The notes: generated by a model not told the origin, from the sequence alone. Positions 1-9,078 are shown, counted from the stretch's first letter. The stretch is DNA of 64,000 nucleotides from Strigamia acuminata (GCA_949358305.1 OX442314.1:6138001-6202000), one strand, 5' to 3'. Numbers and translations are program-made.

Positions 1-601
1 CTAAACCAATCAGGTTAGAGCAAAAAAGTCAATTACAAAGTTGTAGAGCACCATCAAATTAGTACTATCCAACTTAATTTAGTCATCTTAAGTTAAATGT
101 TTTCTTTTTAAAAAGGAGACAAATCAGAAAAAAAATCACCAAAGTAAAATTTTTTATTCTTGTGATAAAATAATTATTGAGGCATTAAAAAAAGGCAGTG
201 GTTTTTCTTGTTTACTTGCATAATAATGCACGGTTGAATACGTTTATTTCAGTAATTCAGTATTTTTGGAGTAGAATTTTACGTTTTGTCACATGGCTGG
301 CTTTATTTTAGCTGATTTGTCTCCTTTTTAAAAAGAAAACATTTAACTTAAGATGACTAAGATAAGTTGGATAGTACTAATTTGATGGTGCTCTACAACT
401 TTCTAATTGGAAATTTTGCTGTATCTTGAACGGTTTAAAAGTTAGCTAGTGAATGACCTTGAAAATGACCTTCAAGGTCAAATTTGATGACATCATTGGA
501 TTGCTCTCACCCAACTTTCTATACGGTCACTTCATCAAAGTTGGCCTAGATGCAATTGCTCAGGAAATATTTGGAGGGAACAATACTTTTAGAACACCCT
601 G
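1..601. mobile_element. Non-autonomous Tc1/mariner-type (CAGGGTG/TA) foldback element, right part
   Basis: 1-127 is an inverted copy of ~313-440. The element ends ...CACCCTG|TA at 601-603. 480-603 is the reverse complement of 21534-21664, which begins TA|CAGGGTG. Confidence 0.6.
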
Positions 602-929
602 TATATTTAAAACTGTGATTAAAAAAACAAACAATATCTTGTATGTTTTTATTTTTTGAGTTTTATTTAAAGTAACAAAAACAACAATAAAAATAAACTG
701 AATGAAAAAATATGTGTGCTGTTTCGGTATCGTTTTGGAAGTGTACACTGTACGTCTTTCATAGTTTTCAAAAATTCGAATATAACACCATGGTGTTATA
801 GCTGAAGTGGTGTTATATTCGAATTTTTGCTCAATGTTTACAAACTTGCCATTTTCAGCAAAACTCGATAACAACACCATGGTGTTATATTCGGGGGAAG
901 ACGGTAGGTGGACATATTGGGGACTCTAT

Positions 930-1070
930 AATACGCGCGATATTCATATGCGCGACGTCGCGGTTAAGAATAAAAAAGGTATTCTTAACCGCGACGTCGC
1001 ATGTATGAATACTTATTATATTCATACGCGCGACATTCTGGGACGACATTATTCACATTCGCGACTTCTC
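930..1070. repeat. Palindromic CGCGAC/GTCGCG-rich array, left arm of an inverted pair flanking the Polinton target sequence
   Basis: 941-959 TATTCATATGCGCGACGTC is the exact reverse complement of 16999-17017. Internal hairpin GCGACGTCGCGGTTAAGAATA...TATTCTTAACCGCGACGTCGC. Confidence 0.7.
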
Positions 1071-1499
1071 GCTCAGACTGTAGTGTCTGTCAGCCAGCGA
1101 CACGTCGCTCAGCTGCCGCCGGGGACTCGGCCTCGGCTCGTCGTCCACCGCCAGCGAGCACATGCCGTTGCTGTCCACAGACCGGAAGTCCATGTCTTCA
1201 GCCGTCGAATCCCTGCGCTGCGTTGTTACCCGCCGCAGCGCAAGGAACCGTCCGCCGCCGTTCTTGCCCTCGTTGCTCGTGCTTTTCCTGCGCTTGCCCT
1301 TCTTCTCGTCCGAGCCGGACACCGAGCCCAAGTCCGGCTCGCCGAGCCTCTGTCTGCTCACGGTGGGCGTCGACGTGCACGTGACCTTATCGTAGGCCTG
1401 CGCGTAGCTGGGCACCATGGCCGACTCGGCGCCGAGCCCCTCGTCGTGCACCGCCACGATCTCAATCCTCGGCTTGTTCTGCTCGTTCTTGTCCGACTC
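1053..1499 (-). pseudogene. GC-rich ORF interrupted by the Polinton (3' part; ATG and codons 2-3 lie at 16924-16932)
   Basis: Removing the element and one TSD copy gives GCCAAC-ATG-GAG-TCG-GAC-AAG..., a 149-aa ORF MESDKNEQNKPRIEIVAVHDEGLG...KSRM* with strong Kozak context and high GC3. Product not recognised. Confidence 0.6.
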
Positions 1500-1937
1500 A
1501 GTAGTGGGTTAGTGGCAGTCTTGAAACAGGCGGTTCACGGTTCGGGGGTGGGGGGTGGTGAGGGTTAAGTGGGGGGAGATAAGGGGAGGGGGAGAAAAGG
1601 GGAGGGGGAAGATAAGGGGAGGGGGAGATAAGGGGAGGGAAAGATAAGTGGAGGGGGAGATAAGGGGAGGGGAGATAAGGAGAGGGGGAGATAAGGGGAG
1701 AGCTAAGTGGGGATGACTAATTGCCTCAATCAATCAATCTTATCATTCGATCAATGTGCCCTAGGCTATTATTTGTTATTGTTTTTCTTTACTTAAGTAC
1801 CTTGTTGTTGTTTTTCCCAAATTTTCAAAGGCCCCTTGTTTTTCTTTCCTTAAGCACCTTGTTGTTGTTTTTCCCAAATTTTCAAAGGACCCTTAGGCTA
1901 CTTTTAACCAAAGGAGAGATATTATTGGGTACTCATC
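1500..1937 (+). repeat. Left terminal inverted repeat of the Polinton
   Basis: Reverse complement of 16530-16923 with several substitutions and a different number of GGGGAGATAAGGGGAGG units. Confidence 0.95.
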
Positions 1938-1961
1938 AATGTCAGTGATGGAAAGGAATGG

Positions 1962-2010
1962 TAAAACAGGAAGTGAGCGGTTCAAAGGGGAGGAGTTATC
2001 CTGTATAAAT
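1962..2010 (+). promoter_or_regulatory. Putative promoter of the PC4-like gene (ETS-type AGGAAGTGA motif plus TATAAAT)
   Basis: 35-bp block 1962-1996 recurs with one mismatch at 3132-3166 upstream of alkB; TATAAAT at 2004-2010. Confidence 0.55.
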
Positions 2011-2056
2011 GCAACTCGCATTTTGGGATACTCACCATTTCTTTCACAAACAAGCT

Positions 2057-2710
2057 ATGACTACTACTTCAAGCAGCGGGATCTACTCTCTTGGTGGGGA
2101 GATCTATTGTCAAGTCAATCCATTTCATACCGATGTCTACATCCACCTGAGACGATTTCTGTCATACCCGAACGGAAAGCTGTATCCCTCTCGTGATGGT
2201 ATGTGCATGAACGTTAAGACATTTTACGAATTTGTGGAACATTGGAAGCAGATAACGAGTGAAATTGCGACTTTGAAATCCAAGAAATCATCAACCATTG
2301 AGTGCGAAGGTGGCGTTTTAGTCACCATATCTAAGTCGAAAACAGATGATGTATCTGTGATGATATGTCGTTCATTTGCACCAGAGAAGTTTATTCTGCT
2401 ATCGTATGAACAATGGCGTCAACTCAAGAAGCAGCGATCATCCATATTTTCGGGCATCGATGAAGTTCTGTCAATGTTGCATGAGACCAACCTTCAATTT
2501 CCAACTATTCTCGAGGAAACAACTGCAAGTCCATTTGTAACTCCAACCACATCTCAAGCTCCGATTGTTTTGAAAAAGAAAAAGGAGAGAAAGCAAATGA
2601 AGAAGAAACCATATCAGAGACCCATCCTTGGTGTACATTTTGTGGATTCATCTGATGAGGATGTTGATTCAAAACCTACCGGTGAACCTGCTGATACTGA
2701 TGATGAATAG
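2057..2710 (+). CDS. PC4/Sub1-like ssDNA-binding protein with basic/acidic tail
   Basis: YSLGGEIYCQVNPF..VYIHLRRF...LYPSRDGMCM matches the PC4 fold pattern; a second degenerate copy ends ILLSYEQWRQLK. The upstream ATG (2009) overlaps the TATA box, so ATG 2057 is preferred. Confidence 0.7.
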   Translation: MTTTSSSGIYSLGGEIYCQVNPFHTDVYIHLRRFLSYPNGKLYPSRDGMCMNVKTFYEFVEHWKQITSEIATLKSKKSSTIECEGGVLVTISKSKTDDVSVMICRSFAPEKFILLSYEQWRQLKKQRSSIFSGIDEVLSMLHETNLQFPTILEETTASPFVTPTTSQAPIVLKKKKERKQMKKKPYQRPILGVHFVDSSDEDVDSKPTGEPADTDDE

Positions 2711-2911
2711 ATTTTTACATAATTTGTTATTTGTATTGATAGAATAGAAATTGTATACTTTAGTTTAAATTTTTGTACTTATTTCTTTTTTTTTGTATTA
2801 ATTATATAAATAAAATTTGATTGAATAAGAATACATCTTTTTTCTTTCATTAATATCTTTAACAAATAAGTTAGGTTGTAAAAAGGCTATTTGTGTTATA
2901 TTAGTAGAAAT

Positions 2912-3215
2912 GGAGGATAAAACAGAAAGTGAGTGGCGCAAAGGTGTCCTCTGCTATGATTCGTTGAAACCATTTTAGACAAGTTTCAACATGTCTCAGC
3001 AATGGCACTGTATGGAAGGGAGGATAAAACAGAAAGTGAGTGGTGCAAATGTGTCCTCTGCTATGATTCGTTGAAACCATTTTAGACAAGTTTCAACATG
3101 TCTCAGCAATGGCACTGTTTGGAAGGGGGGATAAAACAGGAAGTGAGCGGTGCAAAGGGGAGGAGTCCTATGCTATAATTTCTTGAAACCACTTGGGGCA
3201 AGTTTAGACATGTCT
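2912..3215 (+). repeat. Tandem 107-bp repeat (two near-identical units and a third diverged unit) upstream of alkB
   Basis: Units start at ~2912, ~3019 and ~3126, each containing TAAAACAG(A/G)AAGTGAG. Confidence 0.9.
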
Positions 3216-3283
3216 CCGATTGGACAGCGGAAAAGGTTAACTGCTATATATACCAAGCTGATGTTTCTTTTGGATGAAAAAAC

Positions 3284-3982
3284 ATGGAGAAGACGACAAT
3301 AGAGCCTGTTTGTTGGAAAGATATTCTCAAGCAGGATTTACACTTGCAGTATGGACTTCTATTCAACAAAGAAGTAGCTGATTCTACATTTCAAAAGCTG
3401 GAAAATGAAATCACATACTATACAGGTAGACTGAGTCAAATCAAGATTTATGGCAAGTGGATCAATATACCGAGACAACAAGTTGCATTTGGTGATGCTG
3501 GATTGAAATATTCATTTTCCGGTAATACTTTACCGGTTAAAAGTTGGACTCCTCTTTTGCGTGATTTACGAGATGCCGTTCAATTTGTTACCGGACATGA
3601 ATTTAACTTTGTTCTCATTAATCGTTATGCAAATGGAAACCAGACTATTGGTGAACATCGAGATGATGAGGCGGGACTTCATCCAAACGCACCAATAGCA
3701 AGCCTATCTCTAGGACAAAACAGAAACTTTGTTCTTCGTCACGTGTCTCTTAAGCGAAAGTATACTATTCGCAACTCAGTTTTACCACCAAAGCCGATTT
3801 CTCTCACATTGGAACACGGTAGCATTCTGCTAATGCACCAACCTACAAACCGTTTTTGGTATCACAGTCTTCCAAAGCAAAGTTCTGCACTTCATCCGCG
3901 AATCAACTTAACTTTTAGAAACATCATTCAAAGTAAGTTCCATTTATTTAATGATATTATTATAAATGAATATTTATTTTAA
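3284..3982 (+). CDS. alkB: ALKBH2-like Fe(II)/2-oxoglutarate dioxygenase (AlkB family)
   Basis: KIYGKWINIPRQQVAFGD, YSFSG, FNFVLINRY, HRD (HxD), IASLSLG, LEHGS, WYHSLP, RINLTFR: all AlkB catalytic motifs intact and ALKBH2-like. The 3' end may be spliced (3933-3994). Confidence 0.93.
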   Translation: MEKTTIEPVCWKDILKQDLHLQYGLLFNKEVADSTFQKLENEITYYTGRLSQIKIYGKWINIPRQQVAFGDAGLKYSFSGNTLPVKSWTPLLRDLRDAVQFVTGHEFNFVLINRYANGNQTIGEHRDDEAGLHPNAPIASLSLGQNRNFVLRHVSLKRKYTIRNSVLPPKPISLTLEHGSILLMHQPTNRFWYHSLPKQSSALHPRINLTFRNIIQSKFHLFNDIIINEYLF

Positions 3983-3995
3983 TTCGTGTTTTAGA

Positions 3996-4655
3996 ATGAA
4001 TTCGGAACAATTAAAAAACGTAGGTTGTATTATTGACTTTGAGGGATTCCAGTTTGGTCCCGACTTTCTACTCAAGGAGCTCGGAGTGTGTTTTCTATAC
4101 AAGGATTCTACTTTAAGTTATCACTTTCGTGTTGGACAATTCGACAAACTAGAACCAAAATGGCAAAAAGTTGCTGCTTGGTTAAAACGCAATATCCACG
4201 GTATGAAGTTTGAAGATGGTCCTGATGATCTACCTCAAAGCTGGATTCCTTTTATCCTCACATCTTTACATATAAATTGTGTTCAGGAAGCCAACAGACC
4301 AATTATTGCATTCAAAGGTGGTCAAATTGAAAAAAAATGGTTAATCAAATGTGACATTCCATACCTCGACCTCGAATCATTGGGATGTCCGAAATATCAG
4401 GACCTTCATTTTAATCTTGATCCTGATTCAAAACCTTTATGTCACCTTCATGAATCCTTACTTCCCTCCAAGTTAATGCACTGTCCCCAAGCTGAGTGTC
4501 TTTGCTTTAAGGAGTGGTGTATTGAAACTCAAGACCATTCTTATCTCGACGATCTTGAAGCCCTCCTTCATGGAACGGGAAATGAAAATGCGAACGGAGA
4601 TGATGCGGCGAATCCGGGAACGGAAGAAAACCTTTCACAACTGGCCTGTTTCTAG
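3996..4655 (+). CDS. DEDD/DnaQ-like 3'-5' exonuclease-fold protein with Cys/His cluster
   Basis: IIDFEGF (ExoI-like DxE), LKELG, HG, FKGG..EK, DLE..GCP, CHLH...HC. ATG 3996 is in frame with the tracked ORF 3966-4655. Confidence 0.6.
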   Translation: MNSEQLKNVGCIIDFEGFQFGPDFLLKELGVCFLYKDSTLSYHFRVGQFDKLEPKWQKVAAWLKRNIHGMKFEDGPDDLPQSWIPFILTSLHINCVQEANRPIIAFKGGQIEKKWLIKCDIPYLDLESLGCPKYQDLHFNLDPDSKPLCHLHESLLPSKLMHCPQAECLCFKEWCIETQDHSYLDDLEALLHGTGNENANGDDAANPGTEENLSQLACF

Positions 4656-4896
4656 ACACATCGCCGACCCTTCCACCTTAGCCCGTGCTGGATTCAGATA
4701 CTTGAGTGAAAATGATCATGTTGAATGCGTCTACTGTCTCGGTCGATTAAAAGAGTGGAAACGTGGTGACATACCTCTTTTGGAACATTATTCTTGGTAC
4801 GCCTATTGTCCATTAATGAGAATTACTTTTGAAAAAGGACTGAATGAAGAGTGCTTGATTTATAATTCCATCTATGGGTTAGATACACCAGGTTGA
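4570..4896 (+). CDS. Single-BIR-domain inhibitor-of-apoptosis-like protein
   Basis: RKKTFHNWP...LARAGFRY..DHVECVYC-x16-H-x6-C exactly fits the BIR zinc-binding signature; no RING. First in-frame ATG at 4570. Confidence 0.9.
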   Translation: MEREMKMRTEMMRRIRERKKTFHNWPVSRHIADPSTLARAGFRYLSENDHVECVYCLGRLKEWKRGDIPLLEHYSWYAYCPLMRITFEKGLNEECLIYNSIYGLDTPG

Positions 4897-4925
4897 TAGA
4901 AACACCACATTTTGTAACAATTTCT

Positions 4926-5450
4926 TTATTTCTTTGTTTTACTTATTTGCACGATACAATTTTTATCATACAATGTTGACATCTTAAAATTAAAAATATG
5001 TTTAACAAATTTTGTAACTTTTTTATCATTGTAATATGGATTTCTTGGATTAAATTGATTTTTTATATAATCAAAGTCTTTTCCTTTACACCTATTATAA
5101 ATAAAATAAATGCAATAATATCCACATGCGAGACTACACGGTGATTGATAGGTTTGAGTAATCCTGTTGGTTAGTTTACATCCGATATTTTGAATAAAAG
5201 CAGTAATTTCTTTTGCTGGTGGTTTACCAAACGAATCAAAATATTCAATCGCACCGGGTACTTTCTCATCTCGAAACAATGCTACCCAATGTTCGCCTGG
5301 TTTTGTATGGGGATGAGTATTTACAACAAACGCGCATGTTTTGTTTGTTTGTTGCGATGAGGATAGCAAATCAATTGGATATACACCCTTAAAAATTTGC
5401 CTCGTCACTGAATTCTTAGATAAAATCTCCGTTATTTGGAGCGTGTTCAT
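4926..5450 (-). CDS. Adenain-like cysteine protease (virion maturation protease)
   Basis: VVNTH..PGEHWVA (His), EYFDSFG (Asp), YQ..S.ACGYYC (Gln/Cys). Confidence 0.95.
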   Translation of the reverse strand: MNTLQITEILSKNSVTRQIFKGVYPIDLLSSSQQTNKTCAFVVNTHPHTKPGEHWVALFRDEKVPGAIEYFDSFGKPPAKEITAFIQNIGCKLTNRITQTYQSPCSLACGYYCIYFIYNRCKGKDFDYIKNQFNPRNPYYNDKKVTKFVKHIFNFKMSTLYDKNCIVQISKTKK

Positions 5451-5458
5451 ACCTTGAG

Positions 5459-6796
5459 TTAAAATTCAGTAATGATATTCCTTGCTCTATCAATCTCCAG
5501 TATGGATTGATATTCCGCCAGTACTAATACGGTTATGGTTGCAGTTAAGGCTTTATTAAATCTCATTTCAATCCTAACATTTCCTTGTTTTACTAAATTC
5601 AAATGTGGTTGACCGGCGGATGCATCTTGCGTTAAATCAAATCCAAATAAAACATTTCCGCCTAAACAATAATCAGTATACGAAATGCCTAATCCTAAAT
5701 CTTTATCTGCTCTATTCATAGTTTGGTATAAGGTAATAAATTCACGAGCTGCTTGTCCTTTTGCAAAATCTGGCTTATATGGACTCATTGGTACTCCTTT
5801 TCCATCCAAAAATACTTGAAGAAAATTTATTCCTTGGTTTTCAAAATTATACGGATTACTGGCATATGATCCGCAGTAGGCAGTGTTTTTCACAAGACCA
5901 ATAATCAATCGGGATGGATATTGACCGAGAAATGCATTATCAATCATAGCAGTTTGCGATCCTGTAGCAATTGTAAATGTCTTAACTTCTACCCTTCTAA
6001 TGGGATATTTTGCATTACGTTGCTCTAATGCTTGATGATGAGCTAAGAGTACACTAGCGCTAGGAACTATCTTTTTTACAAATAAAGTTGCATCATTTAT
6101 AACTGTTTTATAGGCCGCCCCTTCCTTTTTTGAAATTAAACTAAATGCATCATTTTGTCTAGTAAGTGTAATTCGCAAGTCAACATTATTTATGAGATAA
6201 TGTGGTTGAGAAAAGATATCGCAGTGAAGTCTTCCAAACATCTGTAATTTTCCACAATCACCATCCTGCATGAGTCGATGATATCGTTTATAAATTCCAA
6301 ACTCCTCGTTAAAATCTGCTACTGTTGGATCTAAATCATCAAATGATCCTCCTGTATCCTCATAATACATCTCCACTGTTTTATAACTCTTTTTGGCATC
6401 ATTTGAAAAACTGAGAATTGTTTCGAGATAACTTCTATAACAATAATTTGAATCGGAAGCTGACACTAGCTTATCATTTAGTCTAACATCTATTTGACTG
6501 AACAATGAATGTAGGAATAAATTTGTAGGAGAAACCTTAGCTGTTTTTGTAATTACAGCCCCAGCACCATCGGTTACAGTTACATTTAGTAACAAGTATG
6601 TTTGACTCAAGTCAATGTACGTATCAGCAGTACCCTTGATTGAAAAATCTAATGGCTGTCCTGCAGTTACGGCTGTAATTGGATGGTATTCACTCCAATA
6701 ATTATCTTCCACAGTTATTTGTGTGAGTGGTAATCCAAAAATGTCTAGTTCTGGAGTCGCGCCTTCGGCAGATGATTCATGGGGAAATTGCGGCAT
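5459..6796 (-). CDS. Major capsid protein (double jelly-roll, Polinton PY/hexon-like)
   Basis: ELDIF..P.TQ, YHPI, YIDLSQTYL, LHSLFSQIDV.LN, YRSYLETIL, NPYNF, FDLT.D, EYQSILEID motifs typical of Maverick MCPs; size and position fit. Confidence 0.88.
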   Translation of the reverse strand: MPQFPHESSAEGATPELDIFGLPLTQITVEDNYWSEYHPITAVTAGQPLDFSIKGTADTYIDLSQTYLLLNVTVTDGAGAVITKTAKVSPTNLFLHSLFSQIDVRLNDKLVSASDSNYCYRSYLETILSFSNDAKKSYKTVEMYYEDTGGSFDDLDPTVADFNEEFGIYKRYHRLMQDGDCGKLQMFGRLHCDIFSQPHYLINNVDLRITLTRQNDAFSLISKKEGAAYKTVINDATLFVKKIVPSASVLLAHHQALEQRNAKYPIRRVEVKTFTIATGSQTAMIDNAFLGQYPSRLIIGLVKNTAYCGSYASNPYNFENQGINFLQVFLDGKGVPMSPYKPDFAKGQAAREFITLYQTMNRADKDLGLGISYTDYCLGGNVLFGFDLTQDASAGQPHLNLVKQGNVRIEMRFNKALTATITVLVLAEYQSILEIDRARNIITEF

Positions 6797-6798
6797 GG

Positions 6799-7281
6799 CT
6801 AATCAAATATGTCAGGTCCAAGAAGTGAAGTTTTCCTTTTGCAGGACTTCCTACGCACGTTCTTCTTCGGTCGAGTTCGTCTCTTAGACTGATTCTTTTG
6901 TTTGGTTACACGTCTTTTCTTTTGTTTACCATCCATCCGCTTTTGTTTGCCTCCTTTCTGTACACCAATCTTTTTTAAAAAATCCGATTTGGTTCGAACA
7001 ACCTGATCTTTAAATGCATTTCCAAATTTTCTCTTGTTTACACGCATATCGGAAATTACGTCTAATCCTCTCTTCAAACCATACGTTGCTGCATCCAACG
7101 CTCCACTTCTCACAAAAGGCTTTACAATTCGAAATGCGTCACTTATAAGTGAACCCAAACCATGTCCTTGTTGATAGCGAGATCCTACAAATATAGGAAG
7201 ATCTGCTCCACCTATTTGCGCATGATTTGAGCAATATCTATCCATGCAGATTTGAGGGTTGTGTTCATAGTGAAATCTCAT
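6799..7281 (-). CDS. Basic virion core protein with QxG motifs
   Basis: QIGG, QQGHGLG.L...FR and QKGG motifs, K/R-rich tail ending DIF. ATG 7281 lies just after the penton stop. Confidence 0.65.
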   Translation of the reverse strand: MRFHYEHNPQICMDRYCSNHAQIGGADLPIFVGSRYQQGHGLGSLISDAFRIVKPFVRSGALDAATYGLKRGLDVISDMRVNKRKFGNAFKDQVVRTKSDFLKKIGVQKGGKQKRMDGKQKKRRVTKQKNQSKRRTRPKKNVRRKSCKRKTSLLGPDIFD

Positions 7282-7285
7282 CTTG

Positions 7286-8416
7286 TCAATCCAATCTCTT
7301 CCTGAAGTGTAACGTTGCAACGACACGTCCAAACTCGAATGGTACTTTTTCTCCGGTGTCACCCCTTATAAGCACTTGTATGGATTCAAATTGCAATTTT
7401 GCCAGCGGTTTATAATGTGGATTTTCAAAAGTTTGGGAGATGTATTGTCCTCGCTCTTTTCCTTGAATCTGTATTATTCTTAACAGTGGCGCTAAAGTAT
7501 CCCCAACAATGTTTGGTTGTATTAGATTGCAATACAAGTACATATGATATAGTCCAACTTGTTCATCCATTTTATGAAAAGCTTCTGTTGTTTTTGTAAT
7601 TACACGCAAATCATTAAAACCGAGAGTTGATGCCAAGGCTTTATCAAGAACCAGCTTGGTGTTAATTGGCAAGTTAATCTCAATTTTCTTTGATGATATA
7701 TTAAAACTAAATGGTGCTTTATCAATAACTACGAGTGCTTTAAGATTTAAAGCATCTACTAATTGATCAGGTCCCGAATAATTTCCAGGTTTCAAGCTTT
7801 GTTTCTGTTTACCATCAGTCTCCTTTTCAATTGATAAATTCCAATTTTTATCATTGATAAGATTTGGTGTGAGACGTGGAGAATCACGAGCCGTCTTGGA
7901 TTCATCAGCGTAAAAATCATCATCTTCATCTTTCACAAAACCTAACACATATGCCAGCCTCTGCGGGATCATGACTTGAAACTTAGGCATAATTATTATT
8001 TCAAATCTTAAACGAGTGGAATTCCAGTGAAATTTAATTCCTAATTTTTGCAATGCTTTGTCAAGATCTTTAACTTTCTCATCTTTCTTGGTTGGAGATG
8101 TTAAATTATTATTTAAAAAGTTAAGAAACTCGGATATTAGCTTATTCTGCGGTAGGGATGCATCCACAAATTTGAATGGTGGAAATTTGATTGCATTGAC
8201 TTCATCCTTTAGTATTCGAAAATCGGCACCTCGGGGCAATAGAGCAGTACTCCAGCTTCTTAGATAAAGGAATTCAACCAGACCCACTTCCCAATTTTCA
8301 TCTAAATTAATATATGATGGTAATTGCGTATGAAATTCCGTTAATGTATTATTCGGGTAATAATCTAAGCTGCTATTTGATGGAAGACTCACATAGAAAC
8401 TCTGTTCCGGATCCAT
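7286..8416 (-). CDS. Minor capsid protein (penton, single jelly-roll)
   Basis: FYVSLPSNSS..YPNNT...F...LP..I.L..WEVGL; C-terminal YLYCNLI....VGD..APLLRII, PHYKPL, G..VPF..G....LHFR. Confidence 0.88.
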   Translation of the reverse strand: MDPEQSFYVSLPSNSSLDYYPNNTLTEFHTQLPSYINLDENWEVGLVEFLYLRSWSTALLPRGADFRILKDEVNAIKFPPFKFVDASLPQNKLISEFLNFLNNNLTSPTKKDEKVKDLDKALQKLGIKFHWNSTRLRFEIIIMPKFQVMIPQRLAYVLGFVKDEDDDFYADESKTARDSPRLTPNLINDKNWNLSIEKETDGKQKQSLKPGNYSGPDQLVDALNLKALVVIDKAPFSFNISSKKIEINLPINTKLVLDKALASTLGFNDLRVITKTTEAFHKMDEQVGLYHMYLYCNLIQPNIVGDTLAPLLRIIQIQGKERGQYISQTFENPHYKPLAKLQFESIQVLIRGDTGEKVPFEFGRVVATLHFRKRLD

Positions 8417-8469
8417 GCCTGCTCACTTCTGATTGCATCATTGAGGTGACATCACCTCTTATATGAACA

Positions 8470-9069
8470 ATGTTTCATCATCCATTTAATGCTATTATTT
8501 CTGGAAGTTCGGGTACGGGCAAAACGGAGATATGCAAGAAAATCATCCGAAATGCGAGTAAAATGATTGATCCACCCCCACAAGATATTTGCTGGTACTA
8601 TTCAATATGGCAACCATGGTACATCGAATTTCCCAATGTGCAGTTCCACGAAGGATTACCCAATTTAAAGACTTTGGATTCATCAACGAGAAAGCTTTTC
8701 ATCATTGACGATCAAATGGAAAATTTAAATCAAGAGATTGGGTTATTGTGGACTAAATATTCGCACCATACGAGCACTAGTGTATTTTATTTGTGCCAAA
8801 ACATATTTCATCAAAGCAAATATCAACGAACTTTATCATTAAATAGTCACTATTTAATCCTTTTTCGAAATCCCAGAGATATGAATCAAATTGCAAAAGT
8901 AGGGAGTCAAATGTTCCCACAGCGAGGTAAATTTTTCATGTCAGCATTTAACGATGCAACAGCGCAAAGTTTTGGATATTTATTAATTGATTTGAAACCG
9001 GATACACCCCAAGATCAAAGAGTGAAGACTAATATATTTCCGGATGAATATACTATAGTTTACATATAG
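8470..9069 (+). CDS. Genome-packaging ATPase (FtsK/HerA, A32-like)
   Basis: Walker A GSSGTGKT, Walker B LFIIDD, SHH...YLCQNIF, RTLSLNSHYL, NPRD, GYLLID. Confidence 0.92.
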   Translation: MFHHPFNAIISGSSGTGKTEICKKIIRNASKMIDPPPQDICWYYSIWQPWYIEFPNVQFHEGLPNLKTLDSSTRKLFIIDDQMENLNQEIGLLWTKYSHHTSTSVFYLCQNIFHQSKYQRTLSLNSHYLILFRNPRDMNQIAKVGSQMFPQRGKFFMSAFNDATAQSFGYLLIDLKPDTPQDQRVKTNIFPDEYTIVYI

Positions 9070-9078
9070 ATTCCACCA

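Noticed and set aside
807..1568. 253-aa plus-strand ORF and other overlapping ORFs in the GC-rich island
   Set aside because: Antisense shadows of the minus-strand ORF; they run across repeat and TIR boundaries.
1509..1948. Pro-rich and Leu/Phe-rich ORFs in the TIRs (also 16426-17000)
   Set aside because: Translations of G/C-rich and T-rich TIR repeats.
3284..4655. Possible spliced AlkB-nuclease fusion protein
   Set aside because: The 3933-3994 intron puts a TGA immediately after the junction codon, so it gives a stop-start overlap, not a fusion.
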